From: Candidatus Latescibacterota bacterium
GTDB lineage: Bacteria > Latescibacterota > UBA2968 > GCA-2709665
Direction of reading: 5' to 3'
Length of the DNA: 64,000 nt
NCBI GenBank assembly: GCA_965205485.1
Contig: OZ242180.1
Coordinates: 992,001-1,056,000, forward strand
Below are positions 38,290-46,721 of this stretch, piece after piece (position 1 is the first letter of the stretch; the number at the start of each line of letters is the position of its first letter). The translations under genes were made by a program, and so were the position numbers. The notes under the pieces were generated by a model. It was not told where the DNA came from, searched no databases, and worked only from the letters and a program-made list of their open reading frames with translations.

Positions 38290-39336
38290 TTACGCGTCCT
38301 GAATGGGTATTGCCCTGCCGGTTTCGGCCGCTTCTCTTGCCGCAAGCGCGATTCTCATGGCCAGTCTGCCGTCATCGCCCGTTGTCAGCGGCGTTCTTCC
38401 CTCTCGCACGCACCCGATGAAATGCTCGACTTCGGCAAGCAGCGTCCCCTGGATTCCGCGTTCCCCCATCGGCCAGGTCACGGAATCGGCCACCTGGTAA
38501 CCGGAATCCGTAAACACCTTCAGCGGCTGGGACATGAAGTCCACGTGAAGCACCCCGCGGTCTCCCAGAATCTCGATATTCCGGTCGACGCCATGGGGAT
38601 AGGTCCCTGGGTATGCGAAGGTCTCGTAGAGCGTCGCGATGGACCCGTTGGGGAACCTGAACGTCATCACCGCGCAATCCGTGAAGTCCTGGTCTTTCAG
38701 GATGAGCTGCCCCATCTCGGCGTAAACGCGCTCTGGAGGTCCGCCCATCAGCCAGCAGACCAGGTCGATATTGTGCGGCCCGGCATAGTTCAGGACGCCG
38801 CCGGTCTCTACGTCATTCACCCACTTCCGGCCTCTCAGCACGGAGAGCGGATGACATCTCCTGGCCAGCATCATCCTGGGCGTGCCGATCTCTCCGGCAT
38901 CGATCCGTCTTTTGGCTTCCATACACGGGTGGCTGTACCGCTCGGTGAACCCGACCATCAATATCACGCTGTTCTCCCGTGCTTCCCGGATCATCAGGTC
39001 GGCCTCTTCCGGAGACCGGCACATCGGCTTCTCGCACAGCACGTGTTTTTTCGTCCGGGCGGCCAGGACGGTATGCTCGCAGTGGAATTCATCCGGCGTG
39101 GCCACGATTACCGCCTGGATATCCGGGTCCCGTAACATCGCGGCATAGTCGGCGGTCCACGCTGAAACCCCGCAGGATTCCGCGGCCGACCGGGCCGAGT
39201 CCTCGTTACGCGTGCAGAACATCCGCACTTCGGCGCCCGCGCACGACCGGATGGCCAGGGCGAAGTTCCGCCCCGCCTTTCCCCCGCCGATGATTCCGAT
39301 GCCTACGTCGTCATCCGGGATTTCAACCACCTCCAT
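38290..39336 (-). CDS. Gfo/Idh/MocA family oxidoreductase
   Basis: IGIIGGG, KHVLCEKPM, GGVLNYAGPHNID. Confidence 0.9.
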   Translation of the reverse strand: MEVVEIPDDDVGIGIIGGGKAGRNFALAIRSCAGAEVRMFCTRNEDSARSAAESCGVSAWTADYAAMLRDPDIQAVIVATPDEFHCEHTVLAARTKKHVLCEKPMCRSPEEADLMIREARENSVILMVGFTERYSHPCMEAKRRIDAGEIGTPRMMLARRCHPLSVLRGRKWVNDVETGGVLNYAGPHNIDLVCWLMGGPPERVYAEMGQLILKDQDFTDCAVMTFRFPNGSIATLYETFAYPGTYPHGVDRNIEILGDRGVLHVDFMSQPLKVFTDSGYQVADSVTWPMGERGIQGTLLAEVEHFIGCVREGRTPLTTGDDGRLAMRIALAAREAAETGRAIPIQDA

Positions 39337-39340
39337 CTCA

Positions 39341-41308
39341 CTACTGCGTCGGCGCGACGACCTTTACGAGCGTGCTCTCCAGGCCCCGCAGGACCAGATC
39401 CACTTCCTTCCGGACCGAGGTGGACGGCCGCGGGCCTCGACCCGGGCCGGGCGGGACCCCCGGACCTCCAGGCGGTGCAAAGGGCATATCGAACGTCAGC
39501 AAGGCTTCTATCACGACGTTGTCATCCTCGCTATTGACGTCGTTAAAGACTTCCTCGAGTGTCTGCTCGACAGGGAAACGGCCGAATCCGGGTCCGCCAC
39601 CCGCCCCCAGTTCCGCGGCCGAACCCAGGGCGAGACTGTAGACACCCGGCGGAAACGATTCGGGAACGCCGAGCCTCAGATCGATGTCCCGATCAATCCG
39701 GCGCCCCACCCGCAACAGTGCGGTAACGTCCAGCGTGTCCCCGGGGCTGGCGACCGTGTCCGCGTTCACTTCGACGATCCTGGCATAACGGGGCTCTGCG
39801 ATCAACTCAACGTCAACGCTGGCTTCCGTCACCTTTAAAGCGTAATCGTCTCTCTCCGTCAGCAGGGCCAGTGAGAAGGTCAGGTGGGAGGTCGCATTTC
39901 TGATCAGGGAAAGGAGCCGGCCTTCCGGCGAAGCGTACAGACGGGTTCGCGCGAGCGTGGAATCGGTAACGTCGAAGGCAATTTCCGCCGTAACGCGGAT
40001 GCTGTGGTCCGGATCGTTCTCAACCCTGCCCAGAAGCGGTCTGAATAACGCGCCGGCGACCAGATCGACAGACATGTCCGGGCTCACGCCAACCGTGGGC
40101 ATCCTATGCAGGAGTTCCTCTTCTGCGCCCGAAGGAAACGTATACACGCTTCTGATCGGAACCAGTTCCGGCCCTTCGCCCAGTATTCCCCTCACCGCGG
40201 GAATGCGGTCTTCGGTGAGCGTGCCGCGTACCGTCGGGTTCAGCGTCGCGAATTTGTACGGTGCAGACAGATTGGAGATTTCTCCCAGCACCACCGCCTC
40301 GATGATAGGCAGCGAAACCGGGCCGGCGTCATCCATGGAATGTCCGAATCCATAGACCCGGTCGCCATCGACGAAGGAGATGGTCCCGATGGCGCCGAGT
40401 GTCAGTTCGCCAAGCAGTACACCAACCGCCAGCGGCCGGCCCGGCGCGAAGCTGGTCTGGCGCTGCGTGGTCAGACCGGCGGCAACCGCGTTGTCCAGAA
40501 TCGATGGACGCCCTTCCGGGGTCAGCAGGCCACGATTGAGACCTGTACTAACGAGCGGAACGTCCAGAGGCACGATGCTGTTCTCACCCCACGTGGCCGC
40601 GCGTTTGGCCAGTGGAACCGTTCCCCGTTCGCCGATAACCCATTCCATGGGCGTGGCGAAAAAATAGTAAGGCGGGTTGTCCTGGGCTGTAAAACCGAAC
40701 GCGATCGCGCCCCAGGCGCCCTCGGGTGAAAAAATAGGGGAACCGCTCATGCCCTTGGCAATGCCCCCCAGGGCCACCAGTACGGAATCTGAGGCTTCCA
40801 CCATGTAGACCGGCATGGGCGGCAGGAAATCGTCGACCACCTGGATGAACGTCATCTCCAGGTCGACGAGCCGACCCTTGTCGAATTCGGTCCGCATGAA
40901 GACACGCGTGCCTGCGGGCGTGGATCGGACCGATTCGATCGGCACGATCGTCGAAAGGTCCCAGGGCAGGAGCATCCCGTAAGAAAAGTCCTTCCCGAAA
41001 TTTTCTGAAAAGGAAACAAAGTCGGAAAACCCGATTTCCCCGTCTCCATTCAGGTCGAACCGGGCCTCATATTCGTCATCGCCTTCGCTTTGTCCGAATT
41101 TTGCCGCGAACTGCGAAAAATCGTTAAAATCGACCGTCCCGTCGCCGTCGAAGTCCGGCAGGAATGTCGAGTCCCCCTCGTAGGAATTGACGGTGTGCCC
41201 TTGCAACGTCGTCTGATCGGCATGCGCGTCCGAACCTGCGGCGATGAACGAAACGAATACCAGCGACGTTACAATGCAAGCAAAGGAGACGTTTTCTCTT
41301 GATGTCAT
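39341..41308 (-). CDS. Secreted SpoIVB-like (S55) peptidase with an N-terminal dockerin/EF-hand module
   Basis: Signal peptide ending AHA. DFDGDGTVDFNDF...FDLNGDGEIGFSDF; GIAKGMSGSP; AIGT....GDRVYGFGH. Confidence 0.75.
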   Translation of the reverse strand: MTSRENVSFACIVTSLVFVSFIAAGSDAHADQTTLQGHTVNSYEGDSTFLPDFDGDGTVDFNDFSQFAAKFGQSEGDDEYEARFDLNGDGEIGFSDFVSFSENFGKDFSYGMLLPWDLSTIVPIESVRSTPAGTRVFMRTEFDKGRLVDLEMTFIQVVDDFLPPMPVYMVEASDSVLVALGGIAKGMSGSPIFSPEGAWGAIAFGFTAQDNPPYYFFATPMEWVIGERGTVPLAKRAATWGENSIVPLDVPLVSTGLNRGLLTPEGRPSILDNAVAAGLTTQRQTSFAPGRPLAVGVLLGELTLGAIGTISFVDGDRVYGFGHSMDDAGPVSLPIIEAVVLGEISNLSAPYKFATLNPTVRGTLTEDRIPAVRGILGEGPELVPIRSVYTFPSGAEEELLHRMPTVGVSPDMSVDLVAGALFRPLLGRVENDPDHSIRVTAEIAFDVTDSTLARTRLYASPEGRLLSLIRNATSHLTFSLALLTERDDYALKVTEASVDVELIAEPRYARIVEVNADTVASPGDTLDVTALLRVGRRIDRDIDLRLGVPESFPPGVYSLALGSAAELGAGGGPGFGRFPVEQTLEEVFNDVNSEDDNVVIEALLTFDMPFAPPGGPGVPPGPGRGPRPSTSVRKEVDLVLRGLESTLVKVVAPTQ

Positions 41309-41487
41309 AAAGCGGTCCTTACCCCGGCAGGTTAGTGTGAATGCGGATAAACGGCGTCGTGTCGTAAGCCTGATGTCGAAACGCCATCCCGATTGCGGCT
41401 CAGAGTGCCTGTCTTGAATTGCTGCAGGAAATGGTGTCAGTGGGTCATTGTACCTCCTTTGCTTCTCTTCGCGTCAGATTACAATGC

Positions 41488-42732
41488 TCAGGGCTTCCGC
41501 AGCAGGACGATCCGATTCGTGTTCGTTCCCTTTTTCAGGTTATCCACGCCCCAGCAGTTCGACGTCTTTGTGAAGACCTGGTCGTTTACAAGTACCATGA
41601 GCGGTTCTAGCCCCGCTTCCGCCGCGGCCGGGACTACAAGCGTTTCGAGGAGAATTTTCCCGCCGCGGACTTCCCCTACCTCGAAAGCGACATAGCCCCC
41701 GGGTTTGAGAACTCTCTTTAATTCAACAAACACGCTCTTCATGGCCGCCTGCCATTCCAGCGGCTTCTTAAAGTGCCATATGTCGACGGTCCGCGGGTCG
41801 ATGCCGTTGAACCAGCACCGCAGCCAGTTGTCCGCTTGGTAATCCACCACGTCCAGAAACGGCGGCGACGTCACGACGAGGCTGACCGAATCGCTATCGA
41901 TTCCCGGCGTGTTGTCGGACGATCCGGTGTTGAGCAATGCGTTTTTCGACGCCCCGTGAAGTCGTTCGAATTCAAAAACTTCAAGTTTGCTCAGGAGCGA
42001 TCCGGACTTCTTCAGAATCGACACCCGAACGTCCCGATGAGGAGGCGTCTGACTTCGACTGCTATTGATACCCCGCTGCCGCTCTACGGTGACCGCCTGG
42101 TTCGGAGGCAGCGTATAGACGGAAAAGAATCCGGGGGAATGTCCCGTCAGCCGGTTGGTCGCCACCATCCGGATCCACCGGTCGACCGCATCCAGACCGC
42201 CGTCTTCCTGTTTCCCGATCAGGAAGTTCCGAAGGTTGGTAATCTGACGCAGCGTGTTCGGATGATAGAACGTAAGCAGGTCGTCCCGCGTCTCGCAGTC
42301 GCCTTCGAGAGGCAGTTCCCTCAGTCGTCCCGAAACGGCCGCAAGGGGCGGGGGATCCAGCCGCGGCGCCACGAGTATCTCGCTCAGCGGATTGACGTCC
42401 GTCCCAATCGGGGTACGCCCCAGCAAAACCGCCTCGATAGCGGTCGTCCCGCGGCCCAGAAACGGATCGTAGACGGCGTCGCCCGGGCTGGTCAGCCGCT
42501 CAATGAAAAAACGTGGCAACTGGGGCTTGAAGCAGGCGCGGTACGAAATTTCGTGGAGCGAGTGCGCCGCTCTTTGTCGCGATGTCCAGAACTCATTCAC
42601 ATAGACCGGAATATTGAAATCCGGAACCGGGAATTCCAGGATTGCCGTTTCCTTGTGAAAATCGTCGAAACACACGATATCGCCGAGGAATTCCTCATAC
42701 GACAGGGGTCGCATTGACGTATCGATGCGCAT
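41488..42732 (-). CDS. Orphan amino-DNA methyltransferase (SPPF motif, probably m4C)
   Basis: Motif I DPFLGRGTT precedes motif IV VTSPPF; RVLKPGG follows. ATG 42732 lies 1 nt after the upstream stop. Confidence 0.8.
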   Translation of the reverse strand: MRIDTSMRPLSYEEFLGDIVCFDDFHKETAILEFPVPDFNIPVYVNEFWTSRQRAAHSLHEISYRACFKPQLPRFFIERLTSPGDAVYDPFLGRGTTAIEAVLLGRTPIGTDVNPLSEILVAPRLDPPPLAAVSGRLRELPLEGDCETRDDLLTFYHPNTLRQITNLRNFLIGKQEDGGLDAVDRWIRMVATNRLTGHSPGFFSVYTLPPNQAVTVERQRGINSSRSQTPPHRDVRVSILKKSGSLLSKLEVFEFERLHGASKNALLNTGSSDNTPGIDSDSVSLVVTSPPFLDVVDYQADNWLRCWFNGIDPRTVDIWHFKKPLEWQAAMKSVFVELKRVLKPGGYVAFEVGEVRGGKILLETLVVPAAAEAGLEPLMVLVNDQVFTKTSNCWGVDNLKKGTNTNRIVLLRKP

Positions 42733-42733
42733 A

Positions 42734-43768
42734 CTACTCCCCTTCGGATACCAGCCGGCGGCGGCGGCGGGCCAGCTCCCGCATGTCCGTGACCGTATCG
42801 GACTCATCCACGATCTCCCGGCCCAGGATCTCTTCCAGCACGTCTTCCAGCGTCAGGACTCCGGCCAGTCCGCCGTATTCGTCGATGACCGCAAAGAGAT
42901 GTTGCCGCATTTCGAGGAACATCTGCAGAACGCGGTCCAGCGCCACTGTCTCCGCAACGAAGTGAACCGGATGCATCAATTCAGATATGGGTCTCTGCCC
43001 GTGACCCTCCGCCAGCGCGTTCAGCACGTCGCGGCGCATCACGACGCCAATGACGTCCTCGAAGCCCTCCTCATAGACGGGAACCCTGCTGTGCTGCCAG
43101 GTACCGGCTTCCTTCTGCGCCTGCTCCACGGTCAGACCCGCGCTCAGCGCGAATACGACCGTCCGCGGCGTCATCACGTCTTTCGCCGTCTTGCGTTTGA
43201 GCGAGAGAATATTCTGCATCACGCGGGCCTCGTGCGGCTCGATCGCGCCTGCTTCTCTCCCCATCCGCGCCATTGAGGAGATTTCTTCTTCGGAAACCTC
43301 GTCGGACGTCCGACCCTTCGAGAACGCCCTGGTCACAAGCCGGCATGTCTCGACAAACGGGTACATTGCCAGGACAAGAAATCGAAGCGGTATCGCGATC
43401 AGACTCGCCAGGGACCGGCTGTAGACCACGCCGACGGTCTTGGGAATAACCTCCGACAGGAGCAGGACCGAAAGTGTGATGAATATCGTAAAATAGTGTT
43501 CCCACTGCGCGCCGTAGACCTTTATGAACGCCGCGCCTGCCAGGAACGCGCCGCCGGTATTGGCAATCGTATTCAGGGAGAGGATGGCCGAGATGGGACG
43601 GTCGACGTTGCGCATCCGCAGGTCCTTCAGGATACGGCCAGAGACTGTTCCTTTCTGCGAAAGGCTTTCGACGTAGCTTACCGGAACGGCGTAGAGAACG
43701 GCTTCAGCGAGAGAGCACGTCGCGGAAACGAATATAACGGCGCATACGAATATTATGAGCTCGACCAC
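42734..43768 (-). CDS. CNNM (DUF21) + CBS domain protein (CorC/HlyC family)
   Basis: SLAEA, LNTIANT, SEVIPK, VMTPR, HSRVPVY, VIDEYGG..G.LTLEDVLEEILG.EI.DESD. GGAGGT RBS. Confidence 0.92.
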   Translation of the reverse strand: MVELIIFVCAVIFVSATCSLAEAVLYAVPVSYVESLSQKGTVSGRILKDLRMRNVDRPISAILSLNTIANTGGAFLAGAAFIKVYGAQWEHYFTIFITLSVLLLSEVIPKTVGVVYSRSLASLIAIPLRFLVLAMYPFVETCRLVTRAFSKGRTSDEVSEEEISSMARMGREAGAIEPHEARVMQNILSLKRKTAKDVMTPRTVVFALSAGLTVEQAQKEAGTWQHSRVPVYEEGFEDVIGVVMRRDVLNALAEGHGQRPISELMHPVHFVAETVALDRVLQMFLEMRQHLFAVIDEYGGLAGVLTLEDVLEEILGREIVDESDTVTDMRELARRRRRLVSEGE

Positions 43769-43877
43769 GTTGGTTTACCTCCAGTACACGAAAGAGATTC
43801 GCGAATGAATTTAAGATGACCGGCTGGCGTATTTCGGGCACCGGGTCCCAGGAATCGCGGGGCCGCCGGATCCAAAA

Positions 43878-46616
43878 TCAATTCCCGGTAATTCGCCCGC
43901 CAAATTGCGCCGCAAGGATCAGGAAATCCCCGAACCCGACTTCGCCGTCGCCGTTCAGGTCGAACCTGACGTCCCAGCCCGTCGTTCCCGCGCGGGACCC
44001 GAACGCATGTGCAAGCGCCAGGAAGTCGCTGAAACCCACCATACCGTTCCCGTCAAAGTCGGCGCTCAATACAACGGGCGTCTCGTCGAACGCCGGCAGC
44101 CAGACGCCGTTCGACAGGACGAATTCACCCTCACCGTCCGGGAAGTCGCGCAACCGGCCGGACCCGTCGCGGTACCGGAGCATGTCCAGCACCCTGGCCC
44201 TGCGTCCCCCGGCTCCATCACGGGTGATCACCATGGCGCGCCCGTCGGTCTCGAGCCCATCCACGGCCACCACCTCCGCCGTTCGATTGAGTCCCACCCG
44301 GGTACTATCCGAAAACGTAACGAGCAGGACGCGAGGTGTGATTTCCAGCGCCGGGCGCGTCCCCGAGGGGTCGAGGCCCAGTACGGCCACAATCGGCGTG
44401 GCACTTACCGGCCCGGTGGTCAGCTGCAGCCGGCCGATCCTAGGGTGATAGTCGGGACGCGCGATATTGTTCCACGTTGGCTCATAGCGGTCGATATGCG
44501 ATGCCATGCCGTTTGGAGTCAGAATATCGATCTGCAGCGAGGCGGCCCCGTAAGCGACTGCAAACCGCCCCTCGCCCGCCGACACCACGTCTGCCTCTTC
44601 GTCGAAATGAAGCAGCCAGGTGAAACGCCGGGGCCGGTCGGCCTCGAGATGATCTGCGACAATTACGCGATTGCCGTCCAGCAACAACATCTGGCGTGTG
44701 AAGCGCTTTAGACCCAGTTCGGGAGGGTACGCGGATGCGGCCTCCCCACGCACATACGGAAACTCGGTGGAGGCGTACCCGATGTATGACCACCCGGGAT
44801 ACCAGCGCGGCCACCGCTCTCCGTCGCCGTACTGGCCCTGCCCGTCCACCAGGACCGTGTTGTGGTTCGCCGTCAGCTTTTTCAACGTATAGCCTGGATC
44901 GATCAACAGCTCCTTGCCGCTGCCGTACAGCACAAAGCTGTTCTGCGCGGGGTGGTTGTGCCCTACGCCGCCGATCCAGGGATACGCCTCGATCAGACGA
45001 GCCAGGGTATGCCCCCCCAGGGGGCGCGACCCAATTGCGAACATCGTAGCGTCCGTGTGCCACGATGTCCGAGCAAAATACGCTTCCACGTCTGGGTAAT
45101 ATGCCAGCTTCGGCATCAGTTCGTCCAGCGTTCCCGCTGTCGAACCGATATCTCCGGCCAGCGCCCTCAGGGTCCACCAGTGAGTACTCCGCTTCCCTTC
45201 GTGAATCAACTCGGCGATTCTGAACAGCCGCGGGTCCCGGTTGCGCGCGGCCAGCCAGAGCAGCGTCTCCAGCGCGGGTACAACCCCGGGACGAAACGTA
45301 TCTTCGATTGCAGCGCCCGAACGCAGATCGGGATACACGTAATGAATCGGGAAATAGCCGGTCTTCCTCAGCCACGTGTCCGCATACGCGATGGTCTGCC
45401 CGGTGGTGTGTTCATACAGGTCGATCCATCGAAAAAGCGACCCCATTGAGAAGTTCCAGTACGCAGGCCCCTCGTGGAACCCCCCGTCCTGTGCGAAGGT
45501 CTTCAGCGTCCCCTGGAGGCGGTCCCAGCTCCAGGCCATCCACACCTCGGCTTCGGGTACCTCGCCGTAAAGCGCGGCGCCGGCCGCGCCGATGGCGTAA
45601 TTGTCGAACCAGTAGTGGTTCTGCTGCACCGTGCGCGCCCAGTACATACGCTCCATAAAGGACGCCTCGAACATGAGCCGCGCCTGATACGCCAGCTTCT
45701 CCCTGATGATCCGCCGTTCCTCCTCCGTGAACCAGTTGTAGAGCCAGTCGTAGGCGACGGCGGTCCCGTGGAGCATATAAGCCGCGTCCAGGTCCAGATC
45801 CGGTGTGCTGTGCGACCATCCGTCAGGGAGCCACTTATCGTATGTACAGATCGTGAGAACGTGACGCCGGATGGCCTCGAAGCGTTCGGCAGCATCGGGG
45901 GAATTGGCGAGAAGGCAGGAGATTGCCTCATTTTCCATGCGCCACGACCACCCCGCGCGCTTCGGCGGACCCGAGGCCGGGGGCGGCGTTCCTCGCAAAA
46001 CCCCCCGCGGTCGATAGAGCCGTTGGCCGGCGTCACTCCGCTGTGCCGCGCGTAAACGCTCGATGTCCCACCGCGTCACAAACAGGCGGGGACGCTCCCG
46101 GGTCAGGTCGGGGCGGATAACCGACCCGGCATCGAAATGAACCGTGAGACGCGTCAGCTTCAGGCGGGCAACGCTCACGCCGGGCCGTTCCCGCAGCACA
46201 AGGCGAATGGACGTTTCACCCGACACGTCCAGTCGAAAACCCCGATGCACCTCCGCGTACCCGCCCTTGGGCAGCACGATCGCTTGCGGCTGCCGCTCTC
46301 CGTTCACCTCCAGCCAGAAGGAATCGGTTGACGTCGTCGGGGCCAGGCAGAGAACGCTCAGCCGGTAGATCCCCGGCGTCAGGTCCCGATCCAGCGTCAG
46401 CGCGAAATCCGTCCCCAGGGTGCGAACCACTGTCCCCGGCTCGCGACGGACCAGATCGAACCTCCCGGAAGCGACCTGGTTGAGCGCTTCACCCGCCGCC
46501 GAAAAGAGCACGTCTTCCCTAATTAGATCGCTCCTGGAAGGATCGTCAGGAACGGCAGTGGCAGGGGTTTCCATCCAAAAGGCCAGGAACAGGACCAAAG
46601 AGAAATATCGCCGCAT
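43878..46616 (-). CDS. Secreted DUF4962/heparinase II/III lyase with an N-terminal CBM-like domain and a C-terminal dockerin/EF-hand module
   Basis: Signal peptide MRRYFSLVLFLAFW..ATA. RPRLF, QNHYW, DGGFHEGPAYW, GHNHPAQNSF, NHNTVLVDG. C-terminal ADFDGNGMVGFSDF...FDLNGDGEVGFGDF. Confidence 0.8.
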   Translation of the reverse strand: MRRYFSLVLFLAFWMETPATAVPDDPSRSDLIREDVLFSAAGEALNQVASGRFDLVRREPGTVVRTLGTDFALTLDRDLTPGIYRLSVLCLAPTTSTDSFWLEVNGERQPQAIVLPKGGYAEVHRGFRLDVSGETSIRLVLRERPGVSVARLKLTRLTVHFDAGSVIRPDLTRERPRLFVTRWDIERLRAAQRSDAGQRLYRPRGVLRGTPPPASGPPKRAGWSWRMENEAISCLLANSPDAAERFEAIRRHVLTICTYDKWLPDGWSHSTPDLDLDAAYMLHGTAVAYDWLYNWFTEEERRIIREKLAYQARLMFEASFMERMYWARTVQQNHYWFDNYAIGAAGAALYGEVPEAEVWMAWSWDRLQGTLKTFAQDGGFHEGPAYWNFSMGSLFRWIDLYEHTTGQTIAYADTWLRKTGYFPIHYVYPDLRSGAAIEDTFRPGVVPALETLLWLAARNRDPRLFRIAELIHEGKRSTHWWTLRALAGDIGSTAGTLDELMPKLAYYPDVEAYFARTSWHTDATMFAIGSRPLGGHTLARLIEAYPWIGGVGHNHPAQNSFVLYGSGKELLIDPGYTLKKLTANHNTVLVDGQGQYGDGERWPRWYPGWSYIGYASTEFPYVRGEAASAYPPELGLKRFTRQMLLLDGNRVIVADHLEADRPRRFTWLLHFDEEADVVSAGEGRFAVAYGAASLQIDILTPNGMASHIDRYEPTWNNIARPDYHPRIGRLQLTTGPVSATPIVAVLGLDPSGTRPALEITPRVLLVTFSDSTRVGLNRTAEVVAVDGLETDGRAMVITRDGAGGRRARVLDMLRYRDGSGRLRDFPDGEGEFVLSNGVWLPAFDETPVVLSADFDGNGMVGFSDFLALAHAFGSRAGTTGWDVRFDLNGDGEVGFGDFLILAAQFGGRITGN

Positions 46617-46721
46617 GTTTCCGGCTCCCTCGACTCCCCGAAAGAATCCGCAGCCGGACGTAGCCACTCTCCGGTCGGCCATCGTTGTCACATCGTGGAA
46701 AACGCGACGATCGAGCCGTCC

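Noticed and set aside
39341..41308. Sporulation function from SpoIVB similarity
   Set aside because: S55 domains occur in non-sporulating diderms, and no other sporulation genes are present.
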